A DNA stretch of 64,000 bases from Tubulanus polymorphus (Eukaryota; Animalia; Nemertea): contig NC_134031.1 of assembly GCF_964204645.1 (NCBI RefSeq), positions 10,666,088-10,730,087 on the forward strand. The letters are read 5' to 3'. The translations under genes were made by a program, and so were the position numbers. The notes under the pieces were generated by a model. The model had not been told where the DNA came from, made no database searches, and saw only the letters and a program-made list of their open reading frames with translations. Positions 1-13,200 of the stretch are shown here, piece by piece; position 1 is the stretch's first letter; each line of letters begins with the position of its first letter.

Positions 1-549
1 ATTTATATACGTGGATAACGATACTGTTACAAAGAATTTACCACTAGGTTTGATCAAGGATACCAATGAACAGAATGAGGAAATAGATCTTGAAAAGGTC
101 ATATTTGTATCAAAGACTAAAGTGGTATTGGATGCTCAATATGTACGCCGGAAGAGAGGGGGATTTCCAATCACAAACTTTTGAATATAAATAACTAGGG
201 GATTCAGAGACACGATGCACATTTGACGATCTGACAATGCTTGACAATCTGACAATTTCAATATCATTACTACCTGGTGAACGAACACTGTGATCAATGA
301 ACTTGAAACTCACATTGATGTGATCCATGATCATAAAGGATTACAGTCAAACCTCGTTACAACAAAGTTCTGGGGGCAAAATAAAAACTTAGTTGTTTCC
401 GATACTTCGTTGTAAAGGTTGGACACTATGGAGTGGTGGTCTGGCTCTAAAAATTTATATGCATACAAAACTCAGCCATATAGCCATGGCAGTGACTATT
501 ATAACTTGATATATTAAATTAAGATTTCTAATTTGAAAATAAATCCTAC

Positions 550-766
550 CTGTCAGTTGCAGTAAGGGGCAGAGGAACTAATGATGTTATGTCAGGATCA
601 TATCCATTTGATGCAGACCCATCAACCACAGGCAGTACTGATTTACTAGGCCCTGTATCAGGTATATCATCTGTGTCTTCTGGCCAACCAAATGCTTCTT
701 TAGTCTTTGTATATAGTTTAACAGAGTCTATAATTGTCACACCAGAGGCATCCGCACTGGCACCGA
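550..766 (-). CDS. UBR4: UBR4 exon 26 (GASADASGVTIIDSVKLYTKTKEAFGWPE…)
   Basis: TAG/GTAGG; KTKExFGWP motif. Confidence 0.94.
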
Positions 767-1594
767 CTAAGAAAAAGAGATTTCAAAAATTTTGAATTTC
801 AAATTATCTCTATCACTTTAGGACAAGAGATTAGTCAGGACTGAAAGGGCTTATATGTTGTTAGTCCTCAGTTGAAGGGATAAAGTGCTGTTAGGGTAAA
901 AAACAGATACCTATAGTTTCTTAAATTTTCAGGTTGAAAATTGACAAAACCACCTCAATTTTGATATATCAATCAATGAAATCAAGAATTATTTCAAATA
1001 AAATATTCTCCTATGAAAAAAGGTATAATTCTTTTATTAACCCTCGATAACCCTCAAAAGGCTTACCCAACATGAAACCTCAGGACCACCGATAAGTCTC
1101 ATGGAGGGGCTTCCCGAGGCACCACGGCCTAGCAATTCCCAAACCAGCTGTCAGATTTGAAATTCTCAAATCTGCTGTGAAATTGGAAAAACTGCCGACT
1201 TAAAACCCTTAATCATGCACTTTCAATTGTAATTGATAATAGATAGAGAATATATTCTGCAAACTCTCCTACAGAGGGAGTGCAAGGATTTCAGATCTGC
1301 TACTCATCACACCAACCAGCTTACTTCTTTTTGGTGCATTTTCCAAGCAATAAATGAAATCTTGATGCAAATTTACTGCATTGAGAAAATGACCTTAAAT
1401 CGGACCCTGGGACATCGAAAAAAATTGCACTTGTTGAAATAGAGGACTTAGAGAACATTTCTTCAATTCAGAGGGCATTAGAGGACACTTTCTAAAATTA
1501 GACGATTGAGAGGATATCTGGGAGCCCTGGTTGAAGACAATATGAGTAAATAATTATACAAAGCTAAATTCTTTTTAACTGGTTCAACACTCAC

Positions 1595-1676
1595 AGAAAA
1601 TACTGAATTTTTTATCTGTTAACAATGACTCCTCGCGTGTTAAGGCTAAGTCATACCATCGAGATCGGGTGAACAC
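1595..1676 (-). CDS. UBR4: UBR4 exon 25 (VFTRSRWYDLALTREESL…)
   Basis: CAG/GTGAG; RSRWxD…TREE motif. Confidence 0.93.
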
Positions 1677-1771
1677 CTGGAAAAATCAATCATAGTCATC
1701 ATAGTCCACCTGATATTTATTACAGGAAGATACATACATATACATGTACATGCACATAAACATATACTCAC

Positions 1772-1993
1772 CGGGGTATTTCGACCAAAGATTTCCAAAT
1801 ACACTGGTGCTCGTTCTGCACTGTGATTACCCAGAAGTACACGTATGCCAACAACAACATTGTTTGGATTTGTATGAGTAATATCTAGCGTGAATCCTGT
1901 TGGTTTTGTGCTTGCAATGTATAAACCATTGGTATTTAGTCGGTGTTTCACTTGCTGACAGTTATATACCTGCAGAACGTCATTCCCGGAAAA
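1772..1993 (-). CDS. UBR4: UBR4 exon 24 (FSGNDVLQVYN…ERAPVYLEIFGRNTP)
   Basis: TAG/GTGAG; conserved. Confidence 0.95.
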
Positions 1994-2591
1994 CTACAAT
2001 AATCATATGAAGAACAGCATCAATATCAAATTATGTCATAAGTAATTTACCTTCACTTAGAGCAATGAACCTGAAGTGCGCTAGCACAACGAAACAATTG
2101 CGATATGTCTTGGTTTGAATACTGAAACAGATTGCCATTGTTGAAAAAATGTTATCGATGGCAATGATTTGGAAAGGAACTATTGTTCAGTTTATAGGTT
2201 TACTTTTTAAAATCAAAATAAGATCCAGGATTCGTTTTAAGGTTATCCAGGATTGAAGTCAACGCTACCACCTGGCCTGGCATTCAGGCACCAGTGATCA
2301 TGATCAACAACACCTGGAATGAGACAATGATGTGTATGTGTGGAACACCCCAAGGGTTCCACTTAGGTGAAGTACCAACCCTGTTTCATGTCTCAAAAAG
2401 GGATTTTAAGTGAATACAATAGCCTGCTTGGACTAAAGTACCAAGTGGTCGAAAAGATGGCGGTTAACCTCCCCAATGACTAAGTACACGTTTGGAGAAG
2501 AGGGGCTATATACAAAAATCAAACAATGTTAATTCAGATAATAATGGCAAAAACTATATAGGAAACGGTAGAGTACTTAAGAAAAACATAC

Positions 2592-2662
2592 CTCAACATC
2601 ATTGCTTTGCTGGCAATGCTCAAAAAAATCTACAGGAAATGACACAACATTTGTAGGTCGAC
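2592..2662 (-). CDS. UBR4: UBR4 exon 23 (RPTNVVSFPVDFFEHCQQSNDVE)
   Basis: CAG/GTATGT; FPxDFFEH motif. Confidence 0.94.
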
Positions 2663-2741
2663 CTGAAATCAAATAGAAATCAAACATTTATCGAGCACAT
2701 AATAGGAACACTAAAAGGTACATCACATCTTATATGCATAC

Positions 2742-2943
2742 CTGCTTTGGCCGTTTTCCGCTTTTTTATAGGTTTTAAAGCTGATATTGTACTAGCTGGC
2801 TGTAAGGCTGGTGATAACCAGTAACTGGTTTGATCAACATTGGCCATGTAGATTCTCAGACTTCCATCCTCGCAGAGCAAGATTAGAGTGGTTCTCTGAT
2901 CAGAATTAGATGCCGAGTGACGAATAGCAACCATATCCTGGAT
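2742..2943 (-). CDS. UBR4: UBR4 exon 22 (IQDMVAIRH…LLCEDGSLRIYMAN…)
   Basis: TAG/GTATGC; conserved. Confidence 0.96.
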
Positions 2944-3631
2944 CTAAACAGAAATGATTGACCATGGGTCCAGTGATACATCAACGACACATTGGCACAT
3001 TGATCTAAGGGGCTTTAAGCATGCTATGGCACTTTACTTAGTATAACTAAGAATTGTTTTTCCGAGCGACTTTTACTTTCTTCTCAGACTACACCAGGTT
3101 CTCTTTTCTCAGACTATGCGAGGTTTACATGATCTAGCCAAAGGCTATAGAAGTATCCAACCTTAAGCTAGTTGACTATGATGTCCAAATGCTGGGAAAT
3201 ATCTAAGTACCTACATTAATTTTTCTACAGAAGTGGCCCTGGAACCCCATTTTGGATGAGGACTCACACCTTCAGGGCTCATTTTCTGAGAACCACATGC
3301 TTAATTTTCAACCCAGCGAGAATACCTTGGTGTACAAGGTCTAAGTGATCATGACAGTAGAAACTAAAGCAAAGCCACTTTATACAAGTACATTCTAAAG
3401 TGGTTAATATCAATAGAAAGTAAATTTTTACAGTTACAACACATGTAGATAAATTTGGTTGAAGAGTTAAAGAATCCTTTTAGACAGCATTCATCTCGGG
3501 ATATTTATATAGTAGCTAAACGCCTAAAAAATCAGCCCTATAATTGACAGATTGTCATGAGCGCTTGACCAGCTGAACTCTACAACAGCTTAAAAGTTTT
3601 GCAATAACATTCATAATAGAATTTAACACAC

Positions 3632-3809
3632 CTTTGCTTTAGCTGGCAAGATCTTGATTTCTTGCAGTACAATAGCATCGGGTTTTATCATCATCACAAC
3701 AGGATTATTGGTAAGCTGCGTCATACAGCACACAAGACCAGGATGACCAGCAACTTCCATCCACTGAACCAAAGCCTGATTTCCTCCAGCTTTGCTGTTA
3801 CCATTTGTG
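3632..3809 (-). CDS. UBR4: UBR4 exon 21 (…QWMEVAGHPGLVCC…QEIKILPAKAK)
   Basis: TAG/GTGTGT; conserved. Confidence 0.93.
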
Positions 3810-3901
3810 CTACAATTGTGAAATTCATAGAATCAAGTAATTATTACGAGAAGGTTTACATTTTACCTTATACAGCATGATATTGAATTAAAAATGCATA
3901 C

Positions 3902-4059
3902 CTTTTGAAATTGATAGGGAACAATATCGACAGTTCAGTTACATCTTTGTCAATTGCAGCAACAAAGCTTTTTCCGCAAGAAAAACTGAAGAATAACAGC
4001 TGTAACATATGCGAATAGTGGACAGAAACACCACCAAGTCCAACTTGTCCATTTTGGTC
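3902..4059 (-). CDS. UBR4: UBR4 exon 20 (DQNGQVGLGGVSVHYSHMLQLLFFS…INFK)
   Basis: TAG/GTATGC. Confidence 0.93.
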
Positions 4060-4249
4060 CTATAAAATTCAAATTTTAACACGTATTAGAAAAGGTCAAG
4101 GGCAATCCGGTAGGCTGTGCGTGTGTGCTTTGAATAAGATTTTTGGTACAAGACGAACTACTGTGCTGGTATGTTTTAGAATCAATTACATGATGGTATG
4201 ATGAAGTTTAGAATTCCATTTGAAAATTCCATGCAAAAATGACCTTTTA

Positions 4250-4594
4250 AGGCGATTGACCCAATCAATTTTTTATGCTGACTGGACTTAGATGTTTACA
4301 AACATATGTGAAAGATCTAGTTAATTGATTGATCAAGTTAATTGAAGCGCCTTCAAAATTTCTGAACACTTGAACACTTTAAGCACATTTTACCAATGGT
4401 GAACATAAATGGTGGTAGATAGATGGATAAACCAAATATCAAGACAATCCATTGAAGTGTCTTCAAAACTTCCAAAAATAACTGGGTGCCGTCTATGGAT
4501 GGATGGACGGATTGAAAAAGTACGAACGGATGGACAATAGACGAAAAGTAACCGCAATAGTCCACAGGGACTAAAATCCCAAGTGGGCTAAAAT
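4250..4594 (-). mobile_element. HINE family A-like terminal fragment
   Basis: GTCTTCAAAACTTCC, GGAC microsatellite and …CCCAAGTGGGCTAAAA terminus. Confidence 0.65.
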
Positions 4595-4634
4595 CATTAG
4601 GGATTTTTCATAAGAATTTTTCAGGCAAGTTTAC

Positions 4635-4859
4635 CTTCAAATCACCATGTTTTGCTTCCAGTATATTAGTGATATAAAAAGGCCCATGTTTGGCTGAACT
4701 GGCCTCGTCCATCTGTTGCGTACACATGTATCCTGATGATGTCATGAGAACCATAGTACGAACTTCATCCATAACAACAAACGTACAATCTCGTACTTTC
4801 CCACTCGGTAACAGAAAGTAATACTGTGGACTAATAGCATCCAGTGAAAGATCATATAT
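4635..4859 (-). CDS. UBR4: UBR4 exon 19 (IYDLSLDAISPQYYFLLPSGK…HGDLK)
   Basis: CAG/GTAAAC; conserved. Confidence 0.95.
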
Positions 4860-5281
4860 CTGAAATAGGAAGATAAGACCAGGCTTACTTTTCCAGTTTG
4901 TGAGATTATGAGCCATTGAAATGTAATTACAAAGAAATTGCACCAATTGAAATTTCTCATACTGCCGCTTTTTAGAAAACAGAGAACGTAATGGTCTAAA
5001 AGACTTTTAGATTTTGAATTTTACTTTTGTCAATAGAAGGCTACAACTATATATGTCATCCGTAACCTAAGGAGAAATTTTAGGGTCATGGATTGGTATT
5101 ATTTTACAAAATTTTAAGGCAAGATAAAAAGTTTTTAAACTGATTTTAAAGATGCTTGATGATACAAAATTTGAGATTCATTAGAGACATACTAAACTAG
5201 AAAGAAATTTTAAACCATCGTTTCTGATAACCTTGTCTATCCAAGGGCTTATATTGATTATGAGATAACTCTTAAATTCTT

Positions 5282-8200
5282 AACTAGAGGACCAATGGTC
5301 CTGTGCTCTCGAGGTACAGTTTTTTATAATACCAATCATATTACATTGTTCATTCTACTATGTTCGCTTTAACAATTGCCCTGGCACTACAGTGAGACTG
5401 GACAGTGGTAGGCAGGAACAAGTACATCAGATCGATTTGTTCTGACCGGTTATAGTACAAAAAGATTGACAAATGTGTATCACTTTCAAAGACGTTTATT
5501 CTAGAAAGTGTCTTTTTAACGGAATCTGACTAGCAGACAAAGTAAAAAAAATGACGTCACTTGACTTACGGTTTGAAGTTCATGGGGAAATCGGAAGTAG
5601 AATTACGTCACGCTAAAATCCGGCAACTTATGAATCAGGTTATTTCAGAATTTATTCATTTTGTGATATTTAGAACACGATTGGGTCGTTGAATAGATTT
5701 ATAATGAACTCCGTTGATCGAACGAATTAAAAATAGCTGAAATCCCCTAAGCAACGGGAGAAAATTCATTATAACAATTACAAATGCGCCCACAGTTGGG
5801 CGCGCAGGGTTCGAATCCCGGAGAATTACGCTCTCGTGCGCGCAGTCGATCCCAGCCGCAGCACTGAAATACATTTATTTCATAAAATTTCATGAAATTG
5901 CTGTGAGAGATGCGCTAGAGTCGTATTTCGCGGCAGCGCGGCTGATTGGCACGTTCTCGAGTGCGAGCAGCAGCAACATCGCTGTCGACAAAACATTAGT
6001 CTCCACCCCTTCTTTTGCCAAATAAGGAATTTGGTACCGCTGGCCACGTGCTCTGCTTATTTTGAGCCGTAGATTCCCGGTACTCGATATTCCGGAGGAT
6101 AAGTAACAAATGAATATTTTTCGAAAAAGAAATTAATTTTTGTAGAAACATTTGTATTTCCTGCTAATTCGATTTTTTTCTGGCAGAATATACTCTTCCA
6201 ATTGATGTGTTTCAACACGTTCCATTTTTTTTCTTAGAAGGTATGCTTGTAATTTTCCTTTTATTTTCAAATGTAGCTTATTTCTTAATTAACCACGAGG
6301 TCAAAATTCTTCTATCATGCAAAAACCCTCTCAGATTTACCATGTCATTGGTTACATTATGGTTTCACAGTCACTTCATCTAAATCGAAATAGTATTCTT
6401 TTCAGCAGACTGGTAATTAAGAGTCTATATTCAATTAGGAAATTTTTGAAGTTTTTTTCTCGCAGAAATTTAAATTTCATTTGATCTGCTTTCTAATAAT
6501 TTTCTAATCCTATAAGCCCAAATTTCAGAAATGAATCAAAACTTAAGGCCCCCACCCACGAGCCGAAAACTGCAACGAAAATGGCACAGGGTAGTTTTCG
6601 GCTCGTCTGCAGGGGCCTTTTCGAGCCTTGTCATTCGCCAAATATCTGTCATGTTTGATATTTTTTGACGCAGCATCAACTGCGCTCTTGTGTGCGGGCA
6701 ACTCAGAGATATTTGCATTTCATTCGTCATCAATGCGCATGCGTCATTACTCAAAAACCGATGATAGCGGCTAGTATATAGATTTCAGATTAGAAAAACA
6801 CTGATTTTTGACATGAATATCACTTTCTTTATGATATACGATTACTTAAATTATCAAAATCACAATTTTCCCCATGAAAGACTTTTAATCCCGATGTAGA
6901 TGTAATAAGAACAAAAAGATTTCTTTATATTCAAATAGATTTGAATTCTATTCTGCTGCTTTTGCAGAAACCCTCTTGTAATTCTGTTCATTATTATTAT
7001 CATTATTATAAATTTTCCACTTTCCAGCCAAAAATTTTTCATAAAATGTAACTCCTCTCAGATTCGACCACTAACAGCTTATAAACGTAATTTTCATTTC
7101 AGTCAGAAATATGACTCAGTGCCTGACCATTTCGAATTTGCGTATAGTAATTTATTATGAATTAATCCTGTGTAATTACCAAGTGTAAACAGCGACAAGA
7201 ATAACGCAAAGCATTGTCATCCATTGATAAAAGTACATCCCGAAAAGCCTACAAATTACCGGACGACCTGGAGCCTCAAACTCAACCGTAAATCGCGAAT
7301 TCAGACTTACAATTAGTCCGGATCCGTCATTTACTGCGGACAATATGCAGCCAACATGGCAGATGGTTGAAATCATTTTCAGCTTAAATTTATCGCAAAT
7401 TTATGGCAAGTTTTAGGACTTTAATGAACTATGATCCCTAAAATGAGTCAATTGCTTAATTCTATTAGTAAATCAATTTACGTTGGCTACATTTCCTGAA
7501 GATTTCTGGCTCAAATCAACGTAATATGGACAGGAATGGTAGTGATTTTCCTATGGAATTTTACTTCCGCTATCACTTGACGACTCGGATCGATGACAAC
7601 GACAGCAGAGTTCATGCAATTTAAGGTGAGAATCCACTAACCAGGGAATGTTAGACATGATTTCTTGGTCTAACTGCAGTTAAGGTTACCTTTCCACTGG
7701 GTGGTGCTATGATATGAGTACATATGATAGCAAATGAGTACTCGGCAAAGCAATGATCATTGTTGGCTACCTACTTGCCTAAAGCCTAGCTTTTTTGGGG
7801 GGATACGCCTAGAATAGATTTAGGCCCTTAATGTAGTGTGTAGAGCCATTGGAAAGCCTTAATAGTCAGTAAGGGACTGGTTTACACTTATGTACACGAC
7901 TATTTATTTCAATTACTTTCTTTCCAGCTATTAATCATGGAATGAACTGATGGTCACTACGGTCTTCAATTCCTTTGCCTATTCTTGCAGCTGGTGTGAA
8001 TATATTCAAACCACAGTGTGCAAGTGTACGTTTCAAATTAAGCGTCTCAGATGCTTGACGTTTTGTGTAATTGTTTTTTTCTAATGTCATGTTTAAAATA
8101 TTTGGATCAGTAATCAGTCGTGCTAGTGTACATGCAGAATTGGATTCATTGTTATTATGGGATGATAATTCATGGGCATCAATAGTCCTACGATATACTC

Positions 8201-9392
8201 TTGATATGAAGCTTTTAAAAGTTTATCAGAGACTTGTTTTGGAGTAAACCGAATAGCCCTTAAAATACCGAATCCACATGGCTTAACGGCCGGTGTCTAC
8301 GCTCTGCGAGACAGTAGTAATAGATGTTTCACAACAAACTCACGATTTAAATATTTATTATACTTTCTTTCACTCCCCTATTATATTACATAACTCAGTA
8401 ATTCTTACATTAGATTGCTTAATTACAGGTGGAAAGAGGTCAAATGGCATGAAAATCGACTGTGGCTGACTAATTGACGCGAACAGATAAAGTGTTGAGG
8501 TTTCAAAAGATGTCGCCAAATGCTTGTATCATCAGGGGTAGACAAATTATCCGAAGATAAATGAAAACTCCACCTTGTGGATCGTCAGTGGATTTAGCTG
8601 TAATTATTTCGTCTGGATAAATCGACACATAATTCATTTCAAAATCTGTGTTCAGCAGAATTTCTTTCAATAAAATAAGAATCTATTTGACTAATCTTTT
8701 ACTAATGTATTCAGGAGTGAATTTTAATTGATCTCAAAACCAGAGAAAGCATTCTTCAAAAATTTAGAAAATCCTAGACTCATAATCAAATTCTGTGAAG
8801 TCATTAAGGTCTTTTGCTCGAACCAAGCCAAGGGCTCAGGTGGCTAAAATTCAATTCCTCACTGTCCTATAATGCCGAGTACGACGGAGTTTACACACTG
8901 AAAAGCGTTGCCCTGTGTAAGTGTAATTTGGATAAGTCAGCAATATAATGATGGCCCTGCCCCGTGCGCTCCATCTGAGACATAAACAAGTTGGACTGTA
9001 TTGCTTCAATGCTTTGACAAATGGACTCCTAATATCCACATATCCAGCATAATGTTGACCCAGGTTGCGCTTCTTGGCTATAGTCATATGTTATGGGCTA
9101 GAATTATTATCAATGAAATCTTCGTACGCTTCCCAGTTCGACAAATGAACCAATTAGGCAGAAACCCGTTATCGCTGCTATGCAGCTATATTTTTCTTTC
9201 CAGTTTCATTGACAACATTTAATGCGTTCGTTACTAGTCACTACTTTTAGTGTTTTCGTTACACTCCATACGTGAAGTTGTTTATAACGTGAAATAATCT
9301 TGAATACAAAGTTGCCGAATCTATTTTTGCAGCGCATTTAACCCCATTTATCGCGGTAAACATACACGACACTCGTCCCTCGAGAGCTAAAT
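5282..9392 (-). mobile_element. HINE family B containing a nested family D copy
   Basis: AACTAGAGGACCAATGGTCCTGTGCTCTCG end (also at about 21790) and …CGAGAGCTAAA end (also at 14076-14252). Confidence 0.6.
6950..9192 (+). mobile_element. HINE family D copy 1
   Basis: Both ends are reverse complements of the ends of 39195-39965; shares the GCAGCGATAACGGGTTT terminus with family C. Confidence 0.7.
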
Positions 9393-9681
9393 ATCAAGGC
9401 TAGTAAAATACTAAACCCCTCCGGCTTGGACGAAGATATTGCCACTATATCATTTGCTGCAGGACTGTATAGTTTTTATGATAGGCCTATGGCTTGGGCT
9501 ACCAGAAAGATATCCTATCATGAAACTACACCACAAACATATCCTGATTATAATTAAGCTAACCACTCCACAGAGTGACTAAAATTGAAATGAAATAACA
9601 TGAAATTTGATGCCCGTTGAAGCGATTTGTGCTCTCCATTCATACACTTAAAAGATAAATCAGGAACACAAGGGACATTCG

Positions 9682-10197
9682 ACTAGAATGAGGCAAAGCC
9701 TCGAATGCCCCCAGCCTGAAATTCACTGCCACATGAAGTTACAGGGTCTGTTGTAAATGAGTTAGAAATATCATGGCCACAATTATTTCTATAAGAATGA
9801 TATTAGAGAGCATGTGTACAAAGTGTAAATAATTTATCAACAGTTGCAGCCTCTAGGCTGTTTTCCTCTGATGGCCATAATTTGTATCGGTCAACAATTG
9901 CAGCCTCTAGTTAAAATTTGAATCGAATCGACCCAATTTTGAATAGGGTTCTGGCCCAAGTGATACCCTACTTGTGTACCAAGTTTGAAATTAATCGGTC
10001 AACAATTGCAGCCACAAGGCTATAAACCCAATTTCAAACAGGCTTTTGGCCCAAGTGATATCCTGCTTGTGTACAAAGTATGAAATGAAGCGGTCACCAA
10101 TTGTGGCCTCTAGGCTGTTAACGTCACTTGCGGCGGTGTACTCAGACAGGGGTAAATCTATATGCCCCCTCTCAACTTAAGTTGAGCCGGGGCATAA
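9682..10197 (-). mobile_element. HINE family F copy 1
   Basis: ACTAGAATGAGGCAAAGCCTC start, internal tandem units, terminal hairpin CTCAACTTAAGTTGAG…GGGGCATAA. Confidence 0.72.
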
Positions 10198-11967
10198 TGA
10201 GAAAAAAAAATCTTACATTGAACTTTTATGTCACTTATCATGAATGGAACTGTTACGGGGAGCACTTGCATGCCGATTGTAAATCAGAGGGTGGCTGAAT
10301 ATTGAGTCATGGAAATGAAACCTTTTCCAATGTATGGCCGCAGAAAATAAAACAACGGTGCGTAGTATAAGATGGTTTTAAATCCTGGAATTTACCACTA
10401 CAATATTCAGACCTCGACCTATACCTATAGTTTGCTGCTTAGTATTTTCAGGTCACAAGAAATTACAATTTATTACAAATTCTATCAAACAGAAAACACA
10501 GCGCTCATCTTCTGCTACGACAATTATTAGGGTTTTCTGTTACATCACAGAAAACCCTATTGAGATTCGCGTGTTTCTTCTTATTATTATTTTATGTCAC
10601 AGTATTTTCACTAAAAGAACTAAGGCTTTGTAACCTTACCGCCGTTGTCGATACAATCCATATGATATCGTTCAGCTCACTGAGATCTATAAATACTCTG
10701 CGTGTTTTTTCACGAATCATCGTTACAAAAGCACTGTCGGGCCGTAAACATCGAAAATTTAGCCCCGTTCAATGGGGCGACATGTTTTTCGAGTCGTCAT
10801 CCCGAAATCAACCCGCAGGCCGTTGTCACTTCGATTATTAATTCAAGTATAAATGAACTAATTTATTGCCGCAGACTTCACATTCAGCCGCGGTCTTCAA
10901 ACAGTGATTTTAACAATAGCCCATTTTCCTCATCAAATCATATTACCGATACACTCGAAATTTACTACTTTAGATTTTAAAAGCACTGTCGAGCCGTAAA
11001 CATCGACGAATCGACGTGTGTTACTACATCATCGTTCCGGGGATCAGCTGCGAGTTTCTCCTCATCATGAGAATCAAATCAAGTACAAATTAATTTATTA
11101 CTACCAGTGATTTGGGAGGGTTTCAAGGAGTTAGTTTAACAATACCTATTTTTCTTTACCCAATTAACCGTGTATTTACTAAGATAAATCTTTAGTGTAC
11201 CGGGGAATCGTAGGCCTAAACTAAACACGCCGAAGAGATATAGCGGAGAAAAGCTGTTATGTCGACGAGGTATCAAAATAAAAGAATATATTATTTTATT
11301 CGGCCGCAGGCTTCAACCTCTATATCAATACCATCAATACTCTGTATTTCCTACAGTACATACCGATCATTGTCAAATGCACAGGTATTTACTAAATACA
11401 AGTATATAACACACACCTATCCGTATGCTGGACTCACACTTGACATTCGGAGTAAGCGTTGGCTGTGGAGGAAAGGAGATCGTTCGCTGTGTCGCTTGAA
11501 GATTTTATTGAGTTTTACGCGACCTTAAGGCTTAGGCCTACCGGAACTGACCTTTACTGTCTCAAACAAACACAGTATAATTGTTGCGTATATTACATTG
11601 ACTCATTGGATTGAACTTCAAAACAAAATTTACGATATTTAGGAGGGTTGTTATTCAATAGGCCTACGACCAATCTGTCCGGATGTTCGGCCTACGCATA
11701 TACATAGGCCTACATAGGCTAGTAGCATCGACTAGGTTCAAGCTAGGTTCACTGTAAAGGATGAATCAGATTTACTAAAATGCATGTTAATTAGTGATTA
11801 ACTGGTTCTGACTTGCAACGATCAATCACAATTATCAATTTTATTGGCAAAAATGAAGAGTTTTTTTTGAAAATTTCGTCTGAGCAGACAGACTTATAAG
11901 CCAGACTTTTCATTTGAGTTTTTTCATCATAAATGAAACAGGTATTTCATTAATTGCTAATGACTTA

Positions 11968-12350
11968 AGCTGAACGTAGGTCGGCTTTGCGACGGCTTGT
12001 GACTCACTGCGACGCCATTCACTGCGACCGCCAGCGACGATTGTGTCGCAACGACTCATCGACCAACGCTCCCTTGCGACGGGTTGCGACTGTCAGCAAC
12101 GCCAGTCACAAGGAGTCGCACGTGTTCTACTTTCTGCGACGGGTTGCGACTGTCAGCAACGCCAGTCACAAGGAGTCGCACGTGTTCTACTTTCTGCGAC
12201 GCGACACGGCTGTCACAACCGACCTACGCGCTCTTGCGACTGGCAGAAACTAGTCGCACACAGTCGCTGACAATCGTATCGCAACCGACTTGCAGCGAAA
12301 CTTGCGATGCAACGCAATGATCGCGTCGCAAGGCCGACCTACGTCCGGCT
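11968..12350. mobile_element. MITE, PIF/Harbinger-like (TTA TSD)
   Basis: Imperfect ~26-bp TIRs AGCTGAACGTAGGTCGGCTTTGCGACG / CGTCGCAAGGCCGACCTACGTCCGGCT, flanked by TTA on both sides. Confidence 0.8.
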
Positions 12351-12399
12351 TTAAGTTACTGCGGAGCCCCAGAAATATCTTTTTTTCGTTCATAAGACC

Positions 12400-12915
12400 T
12401 TTCGCTTGAAAATCCTTTCGTCGGAACAAAATTTATTTCGTTCGAATCAATAATATTCTGTTCGATTCAACCAATTTGAAAAAAATCGTTTAAACAAAGT
12501 TGAACAAACATTTTTTTGTCCAAACGAAAGGTTTTTCGTTCGAACAATCATTCGATCGAACAGAATCGTTTTAATTTGAACAGAATTTTCTTGTCAAAAA
12601 CATTTAGTTTTTCGTTCGAACAAGTATATTGTAAAAAGTTTTTTCTCCGAACCAAAAGTATTAAGTATTTTGTTCAATCGAACAGAATTGTTTTCATTCA
12701 AACATTCGTTCCAAAAAAGTTGTTTTCGCTCAACCAAATTTCTTTGCCGGGACAAAAAGTTCTTCATTTCAACAATAACATAGCTTTTTATTCGAACACA
12801 TTTTTGACAGAATGAAGAAAAGTTTTGGTTCAAACAAAAAGCGTATTGTTCGATCAAACAGAATTGTTTTCATTCGAACAAGATTTTCTTGTCGGAAAAT
12901 TAAGTTTTTTGGTCG
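12400..12915. repeat. Degenerate TTCGAAC/AACAGAAT-rich repeat tract
   Basis: Recurrent GTTCGA and AACAGAATTGTTTT motifs. Confidence 0.6.
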
Positions 12916-12974
12916 AATGGCGTGTTAAGGTTGTTTCGGAAATTTACTCGGTCTGGTATATTTTGAATTACTGT

Positions 12975-13200
12975 GTATGTCAGGACATTAAACAGAAGAC
13001 GACTTAGGATACAACTTTGCGTGGCTCCACTAGTTAGACCGACTTATTCCAAGATTCCGTTGATTTCGGCTACAAGTTTTCGTTCAGAGATAACTGTTGA
13101 GCCATTTGAGCGACCTATCATTGATACCGTTTTCTAATAGCCTGTTTAGTAATGGCTGATGTTGAACCTTATCAAATGCTTTGTCGAAATCCTCCGTTGA
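12975..13200 (-). pseudogene. Captured LINE (CR1/L2-type) RT fragment inside family C copy 1
   Basis: DFDKAFDKVQH…LLNRL…GI…LKWLNSYL followed by TSGATQSCILSRLLFNV. Confidence 0.75.

Noticed and set aside
110-334. 74-aa ORF
   Set aside because: Intronic, no recognisable similarity, not part of the UBR4 frame.
342-420. Tc1/pogo-type element (TA-CAGTCAAACCTCG)
   Set aside because: Only one TIR-like end; no partner or transposase seen.
5795-5830. tRNA gene (GGTTCGAATCCC B-box)
   Set aside because: No A-box or cloverleaf can be built around it; it lies inside a repeat element.
11987-12320. Three overlapping ORFs with repeated peptides
   Set aside because: By-product of a GC-rich MITE and its 60-bp duplication.
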